Origin: Candidatus Omnitrophota bacterium
Lineage (GTDB): Bacteria > Omnitrophota > Gorgyraeia > Gygaellales > Profunditerraquicolaceae
NCBI GenBank assembly: GCA_017992455.1
Contig: JAGOOP010000006.1
Coordinates: 1,707 to 65,706 of the forward strand
Direction: 5' to 3'
Length of the DNA stretch: 64,000 bases
The notes under the pieces are model-generated. The model saw only the letters and a list, made by a program, of their open reading frames with translations. It was not told the DNA's origin and did not search any database. This document shows positions 18,937 to 27,892 of this stretch, in pieces (the first letter of the stretch is position 1; each line of letters starts with the position of its first letter). Position numbers and translations under genes: made by a program.

Positions 18937-19707
18937 TTACAGTTTTTTGCTTGCGAGCACTTCTGCTACCTTTTTGCCGTACGCGATCGAAGATTCGACC
19001 GATGTGCCGGTAACGAACGGCCAGTCATAGGCAACCGACGGATTCTCGCGGTTTGCTTTTTCTATTGCAATGCACTTGCCGTTCGGGCCGACTGCGTCGC
19101 GGACCAGATGTTCCAGCGGCCACAGGAAACCGGGAGTATGGACGTCCGTGCCTTTGTTATCGGCAGATGCGCCGTACAGGTCATAGGTAAAATCCCAATC
19201 CGGGCCGTAGAAATCCCATGACGCCGGATGCGCGGTGATCTTTTTGCCGTAGATAACGCTGTTCTTGGTCTTGTCGTCGCGGCAGAACACGAGCGCCGTG
19301 ACGGAATAACACAATGCCCCGACGAGTTTTCCCTGCGCGAGCGCGTCTTTGATCAGTTTGTGCAGATTGTAATTATTGCACATGTCGATCATGGCGCCGA
19401 GGCCGCCGGTCAGGACAAGCGCGTCATAGTCCTTCATGTTCGCGTCCTTGAACTTGATCGGCTTTGCCCACTCATTGCCGTCGGTCAATTCCTTGATCCT
19501 TTTGCATACGTCAGGCGGATTCGTGTGCGCGTTGATGATCGGGTCCACGAAATCCGGGTTCACGCTCACTGCCAGCGGCAGCGGCTTTTTGCCGAACCAG
19601 GTCGTCAGCGTCAATTGGTGCCCCGCGGCCTTGAGAATATCCCACGGCGCCTGCAATTCTTCTCCCCATACGCCGTAATTTGTGGCGCATACCAGTACTT
19701 TTGCCAT
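18937..19707 (-). CDS. Type 1 glutamine amidotransferase-like (DJ-1/PfpI superfamily) protein
   Basis: 256 aa. MAKVLVCATNYGVWGEELQAPWDILKAAGHQLTL, ALVLTGGLG and GALCYS (nucleophile elbow). SD AAGGAGG. Confidence 0.8.
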   Translation of the reverse strand: MAKVLVCATNYGVWGEELQAPWDILKAAGHQLTLTTWFGKKPLPLAVSVNPDFVDPIINAHTNPPDVCKRIKELTDGNEWAKPIKFKDANMKDYDALVLTGGLGAMIDMCNNYNLHKLIKDALAQGKLVGALCYSVTALVFCRDDKTKNSVIYGKKITAHPASWDFYGPDWDFTYDLYGASADNKGTDVHTPGFLWPLEHLVRDAVGPNGKCIAIEKANRENPSVAYDWPFVTGTSVESSIAYGKKVAEVLASKKL

Positions 19708-19762
19708 TCCCGCCTCCTTGGTTTCGCCGCCGCGCCCCTGTGACGGGCCGGGCGGACCGGTG

Positions 19763-20131
19763 TTATTTTTTCGCTTTTATCCGCTTTCCAGCATTGCCGC
19801 CCTTGGCCTTCCACGGAAAGTCCTTCTTGACCGGGGTGAAAAGATCGATCGCCTCGGTCTGCCCCACAGCGACGAACTCATGCCACACGTTCGGCGGGAT
19901 GAAATACGCGTCCCCCGCTTTCAACAGGGTCTTTTTTCCGCCGATGTTCATCCTGAATCCGCCCTTGATCACATAGCCGAACTGCTCCTGCTTATGCCTG
20001 TGCCATTTCACCACGCTTTTATTCGCCATATCCCAATGCTGGGCGTTCAACTTCCTGCCCTCGCCCAGATACTGGCGGATAACGCCTCCTCCCATGTCGA
20101 ACTTATCGAGCTTTTTCCTGAATACGTACAT
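19763..20131 (-). CDS. Cupin domain protein
   Basis: 122 aa. HRHKQEQFGYVIKG ... GDAYFIPPNVWHEF matches the two cupin motifs. SD GGAGGG. Confidence 0.8.
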   Translation of the reverse strand: MYVFRKKLDKFDMGGGVIRQYLGEGRKLNAQHWDMANKSVVKWHRHKQEQFGYVIKGGFRMNIGGKKTLLKAGDAYFIPPNVWHEFVAVGQTEAIDLFTPVKKDFPWKAKGGNAGKRIKAKK

Positions 20132-20143
20132 CGGCCCTCCTTC

Positions 20144-20434
20144 CTATTCCATGCCTTCGACGCAGAACACATCCGCACATGCCGCATGCAAACGCAGTTT
20201 CTTCGCTTCCCCGTAATCCGATGAATCCCACCAGTCCCGCGCCGCCTGCATATCCTTGAACTCAAGCACAATGATACGCCGGGGATCCGGATCGCCTTCC
20301 CACACCTCCGTCTTCCCGCCGCGCACGAGCGGCTTTCCGCCATGCGCAAGGATCGTCGGAGCGCCCGCCTTCATATACTTGGCGTATTGCTCCTGATCCT
20401 TGACATCGACATTGATGATGACATACGCAGACAT
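20144..20434 (-). CDS. DUF1330 domain protein
   Basis: 96 aa. MSAYVIINVDVKDQEQYAKY...ILAHGGKPLVRGG...IIVLEFKDMQAARDWWDSSDY. Confidence 0.8.
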   Translation of the reverse strand: MSAYVIINVDVKDQEQYAKYMKAGAPTILAHGGKPLVRGGKTEVWEGDPDPRRIIVLEFKDMQAARDWWDSSDYGEAKKLRLHAACADVFCVEGME

Positions 20435-20441
20435 TTCGCGA

Positions 20442-21011
20442 TTATCCTTTTGCCGCGATCAATTCAATGATCTTCTTCGCGAACACGTTACAATGGCCGC
20501 CGCTGCGGCCGGTGACCAGATCCCCGTCCACGACCACGTCCTCGTTGACATAAACCGCGCCCATGTTCTTCGCGTCGCCGAGCAGATTATTGTGCACAAC
20601 GACCTTACGTCCCTTTACCAGCTCGGGAGCCGGCGCAATAAGCCACATGCCGTGGCAGATAATGCCTTTAATGATATTCTTCTGGGCAAAGGCCCGCTTC
20701 ATGAATTCCGTCGCCGGCGGCAGTTTACTGACGTCTTCGGTATAGCGCAGGCGGTCCGCCACCATGCCCGCAGGCACGATGATCGCAGCAAAGCTCTTCA
20801 ACTGCGCATCGTCCATATCCTCAAAGCTCTCATGACAATCCATAGGGATCTGATATTCATGGCCCTTGAACGTGAGCGACGTGCAGCCCCACAGCCTCGT
20901 CATAAAATGCACGTCGATGCCTTCTTCGGCAAAACGGAACTTATAATACCATATCTCCGGTTCATAATAATCCCCTTCGAGCAAGATCCCGATCTTTTTG
21001 CCTTTCAACAT
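20442..21011 (-). CDS. DJ-1/PfpI family protein
   Basis: 189 aa. KKIGILLEGDYYEPEIWYYKFRFAEEGIDV and GIICHGMWL (Cys elbow). Its start overlaps the upstream gene end by 7 nt. Confidence 0.8.
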   Translation of the reverse strand: MLKGKKIGILLEGDYYEPEIWYYKFRFAEEGIDVHFMTRLWGCTSLTFKGHEYQIPMDCHESFEDMDDAQLKSFAAIIVPAGMVADRLRYTEDVSKLPPATEFMKRAFAQKNIIKGIICHGMWLIAPAPELVKGRKVVVHNNLLGDAKNMGAVYVNEDVVVDGDLVTGRSGGHCNVFAKKIIELIAAKG

Positions 21012-22576
21012 GGTTTTGCCCCTTTCTGGGCGCCTGTATACCGCACCGCCAGCATCGTAATGTCATCGGACTGCTGCGCGCCGCGGGCGAATACCGTCAC
21101 TTCCCGGCGCATTGCCTGGATCATGTCCTTGATACCGTTATCCTTAAGCGAAATGAGCTTTTCGCGAAGCCGCTCTTCGCCGAATTGTTTTCTATCCGGG
21201 TCCATGGCCTCGGTCACGCCGTCGGTATAGAGGAAGATCGTATCCCCGGGCTTCAAGCGCAGGCGCTCATTCGTGCATTTCAGGTCAGCCATGATACCCA
21301 CCACGAACCCGCACGCCATCTTGATGAAATTGAAACAGCCGGTCGCGTCGCACACCAGCGGCGGATTGTGGCCGCCGTTGGAGAACTCGATCTCGCCGGT
21401 GGCGATATCGAGGATCGCGCAGAAGACCGTGACGAACAGGCACGTCTGGTTGTCCTGGCACAGGATGCTGTTGACCACGGACAGGACCTCGTCCGTCGCC
21501 AAGCCCTGCTTCGCCTCGGTCTTGATGAGCGTCTTGCAGATGGCCATGAACAGCGCCGCGGGCACGCCCTTGCCTGAAACGTCGCCGATGACAAAGCACA
21601 ACCGCGACTCGTCGATGAAGAAGAAATCGTAAAAATCCCCGCCCACTTCTTTCGCCGGGTCCATCATGGCGAACAGTTCGAACTCCGCGCGTTCCGGGAA
21701 CACGCTCGGCAGCATGCTCGCCTGGATCTCCTGGGCGATGCGCAGTTCGCTTTCGATGCGCTCGCGCGCCGCGGTCTCGGCCTTGAGGTTCTCGATGAAC
21801 CGCTTGATGGAAAGCTGTATGAGGTCGATCGCCATGGCAGGATCTTTGCCGAAAAATTCGATCACCTCGTCCTTGCCCATCGTATAAACGTCCGTGTCTT
21901 CCTCGCACACGGCTGAAGCGGTCCGTTCCTTGAACGGCGAAAAGATGCCCATTTCCCCGAGCACATCGCCCTGCTTGACGACCTTGTCGATCTCAGGCAG
22001 ACGGATCGAGCCTTTGGCGATATAGAACATGCGGTCTGCCTTATCCCCTGCCTTGAACAGGCAATCCCCTTTTTTGTACGTCTCAAGCTTCATGAACGAG
22101 ATCGGCCAGCGGCACGAGTTGCCCGCTTTCGCAGCGGAGGCCTGGACCGCCGAATGCAGGTCCTTGGGGCTGCACGTATTGTATTTGACAAGGGTCAGGA
22201 TATTGCGGTCATTGTCCCGTTTATACGAAACATCGTCCATGATCTTCTTCATCATGAATACGCCCAGGCCGCCGATCTGGCGTTCTTCGATGGGCTTGTG
22301 GATATCGGGTTCGGGAAGGGATAAAGGATCAAAGGGGACGCCGGAATCGATGACCGTTATTTCCAGATATGAATTGCTGTTGAGATAGGTGATCTCGAGG
22401 TCTCCCGTGCCGCCGGGATACGCGTAATTGATCACGTTGACAAGCGCCTCTTCGCAGGCAAGCTGTATCTTGTCGATGTGCTCCTTGACAAAACCCTGGC
22501 GGGCTGCGCCTTCTCTGATAAAGGCGAACATGGTTTCGAGATTTTCCAGTTTGGCGGGCAGGACAAGGCGTTCCAT
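21005..22576 (-). CDS. Tri-domain fusion: RsbW-like GHKL kinase + cyclic-nucleotide-binding domain + PP2C/SpoIIE phosphatase
   Basis: 523 aa. Residues 1-135: CEEALVNVINYAY...GGLGVFMMKKIMDDV (HATPase_c_2-like). Residues ~165-260: FKAGDKADRMFYIAKG...GDVLGEMGIF...RTASAV (cNMP phosphate-binding cassette). C-terminus: AKEVGGDFYDF, GDVSGKGVPAALFMA, DGVTEA and SDDITMLAV (SpoIIE). Confidence 0.85.
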   Translation of the reverse strand: MERLVLPAKLENLETMFAFIREGAARQGFVKEHIDKIQLACEEALVNVINYAYPGGTGDLEITYLNSNSYLEITVIDSGVPFDPLSLPEPDIHKPIEERQIGGLGVFMMKKIMDDVSYKRDNDRNILTLVKYNTCSPKDLHSAVQASAAKAGNSCRWPISFMKLETYKKGDCLFKAGDKADRMFYIAKGSIRLPEIDKVVKQGDVLGEMGIFSPFKERTASAVCEEDTDVYTMGKDEVIEFFGKDPAMAIDLIQLSIKRFIENLKAETAARERIESELRIAQEIQASMLPSVFPERAEFELFAMMDPAKEVGGDFYDFFFIDESRLCFVIGDVSGKGVPAALFMAICKTLIKTEAKQGLATDEVLSVVNSILCQDNQTCLFVTVFCAILDIATGEIEFSNGGHNPPLVCDATGCFNFIKMACGFVVGIMADLKCTNERLRLKPGDTIFLYTDGVTEAMDPDRKQFGEERLREKLISLKDNGIKDMIQAMRREVTVFARGAQQSDDITMLAVRYTGAQKGAKPC

Positions 22577-22597
22577 GCGTTCTGTGGTCCCTGAATG

Positions 22598-22918
22598 CTA
22601 TTTGGTATAGGTATCTGCGACGGTCAGGAAATTATCGAGGCCGGACATCTTGATGACGTTGAGGATCGCGTCAGGCGCGCCGATGAGCAATACCTGCGCA
22701 TCCACGCCGATCTTCTGCTTGGCGAAGATGATGACGCGCAAGCCTGCGCTTGATATATATTCCAGTTCCTTCGCCATGAATACAAGTTCGGCGATCTTTT
22801 GTCCGATGAACTTCTTCAATTCCGCCTGGAGGCCTTCCGCGTTGGTCGCGTCGAGGCGGCCGCACAGCTCGACCTTCAGGATCTCATTGGCGCATGAACA
22901 GGTGTATTTCGACTCCAT
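22598..22918 (-). CDS. STAS domain anti-sigma-factor-antagonist-like protein
   Basis: 106 aa. ELEYISSAGLRVIIF retains the phosphorylatable Ser motif. SD AAGGAG. Confidence 0.85.
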   Translation of the reverse strand: MESKYTCSCANEILKVELCGRLDATNAEGLQAELKKFIGQKIAELVFMAKELEYISSAGLRVIIFAKQKIGVDAQVLLIGAPDAILNVIKMSGLDNFLTVADTYTK

Positions 22919-22950
22919 GGATATTGTCTCCTTTGTTGTGGCGCTGCGAT

Positions 22951-25086
22951 TTATTTTATGTCTTTGCCGGTCAAGATCACGACCGACCGGGGGCCTACTA
23001 AAAATTCGTTCTGGTTCTCAAGCTTTACCTCTTTGCCGGGCTGCCAGATATCGAACGGCGGCTCGGCGTCGGTATTGGCGAACACATACCACTCCATATG
23101 ATGGTTGAGCTTCGGCAGTTCGAACCCGTGCATGTCCCAGTGCATGTTCATCGCGACATATATGGAGTTGTCGTCGACCGTGCCGCCTTTGGCATGCATG
23201 CCGCAGAGCAGAAACGCCAGCATCCTGCTGTCAGGCGACCAATCCACGTTCCATGCCTTCTGGCCGTGCCAGGTGATATCCGCAAAACCCGACCCCATGT
23301 AATCGCGGTTCTTGAAATGGCCGCTCGAGCGCAGGACCGGATGCGCCCGTCTGAACGCGATCATCTGTTTGAAGAAATTGAACAGCTCTTTATTCGTATT
23401 GAGCAGCGACCAGTCGATCCATGATATCTCGTTATCCTGGCAGTAGGCGTTGTTATTGCCCCACTGGGTATTTGCCATCTCGTCGCCGGCAAGGATCATA
23501 GGCGTTCCCTGGCTTACCAGAAGCATCGCCACGGCGTTCTTCATCTGCTTCATGCGCAGCTTGTTGACCGCAGGGTCGGTCGATTCGCCTTCCCAGCCGC
23601 AGTTCCAGCTGTAATTGTCGTTGCCGCCGTCGGAATTGTTCTCGCCGTTGGCCTCGTTGTGCTTGCCGTTATACGAAACCATGTCGTAGAGCGTGAAGCC
23701 GTCGTGCGCGGTGATAAAATTGATCGACGCGGTCGCGCCTCTTCCCTCCCATGAATACAGGTCAGGAGAACCCTGCAGGCGCTGAGCCATGCCGCCCAGG
23801 CTGCCGGGCTCGCCCTTTAAGAATTTGCGCAGGTCATCGCGGTATTTGCCGTTCCACTCTGCCCAGCGGCCCCATGCGGGAAAGCTTCCGACCTGATACA
23901 GGCCGCCTGCGTCCCATGCCTCTGCGATCAGCTTGCATTTTCCCAGGATCGGGTCGAACGCGAGCGTTTCCAGAAGCGGCGGCGAGTGCATGGGAGCGCC
24001 GTTCTGGTCGCGTCCGAGGATCGACGCGAGATCGAACCGGAATCCGTCCACGTGATAATCCGCCGCCCAGTACCGCAGGCAGTCGAGGATCATGTTGCGC
24101 ACAATGGGATTATTGCAGTTGAGGGTATTGCCGCAGCCTGAAAAATTGAAGTAATACCCGTCGGGTGTGAGCAAATAATAGGTCTTATTATCAATGCCTT
24201 TATAGGAAATATACGGCCCCTTTTCATTCCCTTCAGCGGTATGGTTGAAGACCACGTCGAGGATCACCTCGATGCCGTTCTTATGAAGCTCCTTGATCAG
24301 GGTCTTGCATTCGTCAACCTGCATGCCGAATTTTCCCGTTGCGGCAAAACCCGCCTTGGGCGCGAAGAATCCGACGTTCGAATATCCCCAGTAATTCATG
24401 AGCATCTTTCCCGTTGCGGGAGAGATACGGGAATTCTCGAACTCGTCGAATTCGTGTATGGGCATGAGCTCCACGCAGGTAACACCGAGCTCCTTGAGAT
24501 ACGGTATTTTTTCCTTGATGCCAGCGAACGTGCCCGGATGCTTGACGCCCGACGACGGATGCTTGGTGAACCCGCGCACGTGCATCTCGTAAATGATCAG
24601 ATCCTCGATCGGGGTCTCGAGCGGATGGTCGCTCTCCCAGTCGAAATCGTCGAAACAGATGCGGGCGCGGTGCTGGTATATGTCGTTCCAGTCAGGGTTC
24701 TTGCCCCACACGTCCCTGCCGCCGATGGCCTTGGCATACGGGTCCATGAGGACCTTTGTCCTGTCGAACCGGTGGCCCTGCCGCGCGTCGAACGGGCCGT
24801 CCATATAAAAACCGTATTCGAGATTCTCGTAATCGAGGTCGAACACGATCATGGTAAAAACATTGCCGATGCGGAATTCGTCCTTGAAGGGGATGACGCA
24901 GAACGGCTGAGGCTCATGCTTGTTGAAAAGCGCCAGCTTGCACGATGAGGCTGAGCGGGAATAGATCGAGAAGTTCACCCCGCCGGGCACGATGCTCGCT
25001 CCGAACGGCAGCGGCTTTCCGACGCGCAGATGGTATTTGCCGTCCTCGCTCACATGGGTCGGATGCAGGTCAACGCGCAGCATCAT
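22951..25086 (-). CDS. glgX: Glycogen debranching enzyme GlgX (GH13)
   Basis: Start moved to ATG 25086 (MMLRVDLHP...), which forms an ATGA overlap with the upstream STAS stop. Motifs IEVILDVVFNHT, VDGFRFDLASILG, IAEAWD and NFITAHDGFTL. Confidence 0.9.
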   Translation of the reverse strand: MMLRVDLHPTHVSEDGKYHLRVGKPLPFGASIVPGGVNFSIYSRSASSCKLALFNKHEPQPFCVIPFKDEFRIGNVFTMIVFDLDYENLEYGFYMDGPFDARQGHRFDRTKVLMDPYAKAIGGRDVWGKNPDWNDIYQHRARICFDDFDWESDHPLETPIEDLIIYEMHVRGFTKHPSSGVKHPGTFAGIKEKIPYLKELGVTCVELMPIHEFDEFENSRISPATGKMLMNYWGYSNVGFFAPKAGFAATGKFGMQVDECKTLIKELHKNGIEVILDVVFNHTAEGNEKGPYISYKGIDNKTYYLLTPDGYYFNFSGCGNTLNCNNPIVRNMILDCLRYWAADYHVDGFRFDLASILGRDQNGAPMHSPPLLETLAFDPILGKCKLIAEAWDAGGLYQVGSFPAWGRWAEWNGKYRDDLRKFLKGEPGSLGGMAQRLQGSPDLYSWEGRGATASINFITAHDGFTLYDMVSYNGKHNEANGENNSDGGNDNYSWNCGWEGESTDPAVNKLRMKQMKNAVAMLLVSQGTPMILAGDEMANTQWGNNNAYCQDNEISWIDWSLLNTNKELFNFFKQMIAFRRAHPVLRSSGHFKNRDYMGSGFADITWHGQKAWNVDWSPDSRMLAFLLCGMHAKGGTVDDNSIYVAMNMHWDMHGFELPKLNHHMEWYVFANTDAEPPFDIWQPGKEVKLENQNEFLVGPRSVVILTGKDIK

Positions 25087-25430
25087 GCGCCCCCTTTGCC
25101 GACCGCCGCGACAGCGGCGTTGATGTCCGGGAAGGATTTGAAGAAATTGGAGAACCCGGTCATTTCCATGACGTCCTTGATCTCGTCGCATACGCCGCTC
25201 AAAGCAAGCGTCCCGCCTCTGCCCGATACCTGCTTTGCGGCCATGAGCAGAAGCCGCAGGCCTGCGCTTGAAACATACCCGCAGCCCTTCAGGTCGAGCA
25301 CGAGCGACTTCGTATCCGGCGCTAAAAGCGGCATGATCTTTTCCTGCGCTTCATTGACCGTATTTCCGTCAAGGTTACCCGATAAGGTGACGATGGCCAC
25401 ACCTTCCTGTTTGCTCATCTGGATGTCCAT
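25083..25430 (-). CDS. STAS domain anti-sigma-factor-antagonist-like protein
   Basis: 115 aa. LDLKGCGYVSSAGLRLLLMAAK. The stop overlaps the glgX start. Confidence 0.85.
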   Translation of the reverse strand: MDIQMSKQEGVAIVTLSGNLDGNTVNEAQEKIMPLLAPDTKSLVLDLKGCGYVSSAGLRLLLMAAKQVSGRGGTLALSGVCDEIKDVMEMTGFSNFFKSFPDINAAVAAVGKGGA

Positions 25431-25440
25431 GCGATCTCCT

Positions 25441-27261
25441 TTACGCTGTCGGAACGATCCGTACCTTGATCTTCGGCCGGTAATTCACATTGGGGATGCT
25501 CACGGTCAGCTTCTGCGCATCGAAATTCTTCCACGGGTTGCCGTCCACCCACACGTCCGATATCCTGATGCTTCCCGGAGGCAGGATATCCGGCTCGACG
25601 CGCAGGACATCGCCGGGAAACCCCTGCGGCATGGGCTTGAAATAAAGGTCAAGCGGCTGTTTCGTATACAGAAGGTTCTGGTATATCTGGGCCAGATAAC
25701 ACAGCTCGATCGAGTGGTAACAGGCCATGGAATGGCTCCCCTTCAGCCGCTCGGTGCCCAGCAAAAACGGCAGGCCGTTGTTCAGCACGTTGAAATACAC
25801 GGCTCCGTCGTCGTGATCGAGATAGAACGCGTTATAGAACGCGGCCGACTCGCGGCCGAGCCGCAGGTATTCCGGATCTTTGAACACGCCGTGCATGATG
25901 TCATACGCGAGGATCCCCTGCTCCTGCTGCCACCACGCCTTGCGGTCATGCCACACATGGCGGTAACATTGTTCGCCCGGCGCAAGCTCCCGTTCCATAA
26001 CGTCATACCAGCCGCCGCGCTGAACGTCCATGCCCACGCCCGGCATCACCTTGGCGATCTTTTTGGAAAATTCCACGTATTTATCCTTGGGCACAAGGCT
26101 GTTGATGCGCGTCAGGTTCCATGCGATCTTGAGGTTATGGCCGATGACGCCGCGGTTCTGCTGCCATCCCCATGTCTTGTCATGGCTCCAGTCCTCATGG
26201 AATTTTTCCTGAACGAACGGGCTGTGTTCATAATCCTGGAAATGGTCCGTGATGCAGTCGGCGGTATATGCGAGGAAATCCTTATATTTGGGATCTCCGG
26301 TCGCCAGCCACAGGTTGATCAGATACGCGGGCGCGTGATCTCCGACCGAATTCCAGTTCTTGCGCGCGCGGTTGCGGCCGAGCGATTCAGCCCGGGGATC
26401 GAGTTTCAAGGGATCGATATGCGAGAAATACCCGCCCTTTTCCTTATCGAGGAAGAAACGGTCGAACAGGTCGATCGTCATCTTGATATCTTTCATGATC
26501 GCCGGGTCGCCGCTGATGCGATATGTCTGCGTCGGGCCTGCGAGCGCGTATATCTGCTCATATGCCGGGATCGCGTCATAATCGTCGCCGAATTCTGACG
26601 CGAACACTTTGTGTTCGCGGCCGTGCTTGACATCGATGCCGTGATACCAGTACACGACGTTCTCGTCCGTATCGTAGAACCGCATATGGTCGCGCAGATA
26701 CTGAACGCCTTTTTCAGCCGTATTGAGGAACCGGTCCTCGCCGGTCAGAAGGAACGCGGATGCCATTCCGTAGATCATGCGGGAGATCGTGTCCGTCTCC
26801 TGGCGGTGGTCTGTCTTGCGTTCGCCGGTCAGGGAGACATTCGTGCGGTAATTATTATAATCGATGGTGTCCGCAGAGCCGAATTCCGCCCTGATATAAA
26901 AATCAGCGATATTCGCTGCCTGCTTTACCCACCAGTCAGGCTCTTCAAAGCGGTATTTGCCCAGGCCTTCGCCCGGGAACACGAGCACTTTGGCGTCAAA
27001 ATCATACCGGTCTTTTTCAGGGTAGAAAATGCCCAGAACGAACAGATACTGGCCCGGGACCATGAGCGAATCGACCCTGCCCGTATAATCGCACCAGCCC
27101 TCACCCAGGTTGCGCGGCCCTTTTGCATACGCAGTGCCGGTCATGCGGCCTGAATATTCCCGGCCGTCTGACGTCTTCAATGAAAAAGTTTTTTTATCAC
27201 GGTCGTAACTCGTTACATAACCTGCAATTGTATCGGAGAACTCAAAACTTACCTTATTCAT
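25441..27261 (-). CDS. AGE (N-acylglucosamine 2-epimerase) superfamily epimerase/isomerase with ~130-aa N-terminal extra domain
   Basis: 606 aa. (alpha/alpha)6-barrel-type repeats: GGYFSHIDP, GDHAPAYLINLWLATGD, IGHNLKIAWNL, GGWYDVMERE, WWQQEQGILAY. Confidence 0.8.
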   Translation of the reverse strand: MNKVSFEFSDTIAGYVTSYDRDKKTFSLKTSDGREYSGRMTGTAYAKGPRNLGEGWCDYTGRVDSLMVPGQYLFVLGIFYPEKDRYDFDAKVLVFPGEGLGKYRFEEPDWWVKQAANIADFYIRAEFGSADTIDYNNYRTNVSLTGERKTDHRQETDTISRMIYGMASAFLLTGEDRFLNTAEKGVQYLRDHMRFYDTDENVVYWYHGIDVKHGREHKVFASEFGDDYDAIPAYEQIYALAGPTQTYRISGDPAIMKDIKMTIDLFDRFFLDKEKGGYFSHIDPLKLDPRAESLGRNRARKNWNSVGDHAPAYLINLWLATGDPKYKDFLAYTADCITDHFQDYEHSPFVQEKFHEDWSHDKTWGWQQNRGVIGHNLKIAWNLTRINSLVPKDKYVEFSKKIAKVMPGVGMDVQRGGWYDVMERELAPGEQCYRHVWHDRKAWWQQEQGILAYDIMHGVFKDPEYLRLGRESAAFYNAFYLDHDDGAVYFNVLNNGLPFLLGTERLKGSHSMACYHSIELCYLAQIYQNLLYTKQPLDLYFKPMPQGFPGDVLRVEPDILPPGSIRISDVWVDGNPWKNFDAQKLTVSIPNVNYRPKIKVRIVPTA

Positions 27262-27321
27262 TTTCGTCCCCTTGGGTTATACAACCGACGAGCGGATTGA
27301 ATATCGTCTATTGCAGCCAAT

Positions 27322-27349
27322 AAAAAAGCCAAGGCGCGAATGCCTTAGC
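27322..27349 (-). terminator. Intrinsic terminator (or attenuator) between the STAS gene and the AGE operon
   Basis: Minus-strand RNA gcuaaggc-auucgc-gccuuggc has an 8-bp stem with one G-U and is followed by UUUUUUAUU. It lies ~135 nt after the STAS stop (27487) and ~60 nt before the AGE ATG (27261). Confidence 0.55.
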
Positions 27350-27446
27350 GTGAGATCATCATTCTTCGGATATACGTTCTCTGAAAACGATTCATACGGC
27401 CTCATCCGGATAATGTGTTTTTCCCTAACCTTCAGACAACGAAGGT

Positions 27447-27455
27447 ATTATAACA
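27447..27455 (-). promoter_or_regulatory. Candidate extended -10 promoter (TGTTATAAT)
   Basis: The minus-strand sequence reads aaaTGtTATAATacc in an AT-rich tract. A possible -35 TTGTAT sits 16 nt upstream (27469-27474). Confidence 0.35.
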
Positions 27456-27486
27456 TTTCTTTGAAATAATACAAGCAAATATTGCT

Positions 27487-27867
27487 TCAGCCCGAGGTAT
27501 CTTTGGCGCGCTTCTGGATCTCCATAAAATAGCGGTCCGCCTCTTCCATGCTCTCGAAAACCTTTACATCAGGCAGCGCCTTAACGATCTCGAACACCTT
27601 GGCGATCTGGACAGGGATATTCGCCATCACAAAGCTCGCGCCTTTTTCTTCAAACATCTTTTTCGACATCAGTATGGCGCTGATACCCATTGAACTGACA
27701 TATTCCAGCTCCGCAAGGTCCAGGATCGCGCCGGTGACCGCTTTGGCGATCAACTGCCTGCTTTTATCGAGCAGCTGCGTATGGGTCTCGGTGTCAAGAT
27801 GTCCTTTCAACTTGATGATGACGGTGTTCTCATCCTCTTTTCTGAATACACTCAGCTCTAAAGCCAT
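27487..27867 (-). CDS. STAS domain anti-sigma-factor-antagonist-like protein
   Basis: Start moved to ATG 27867 (MALELSVFRKEDE...; SD AGGAGG). LAELEYVSSMGISAIL. Confidence 0.85.
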   Translation of the reverse strand: MALELSVFRKEDENTVIIKLKGHLDTETHTQLLDKSRQLIAKAVTGAILDLAELEYVSSMGISAILMSKKMFEEKGASFVMANIPVQIAKVFEIVKALPDVKVFESMEEADRYFMEIQKRAKDTSG

Positions 27868-27892
27868 GGACCCTCCTTGTATGATAGGGGAA

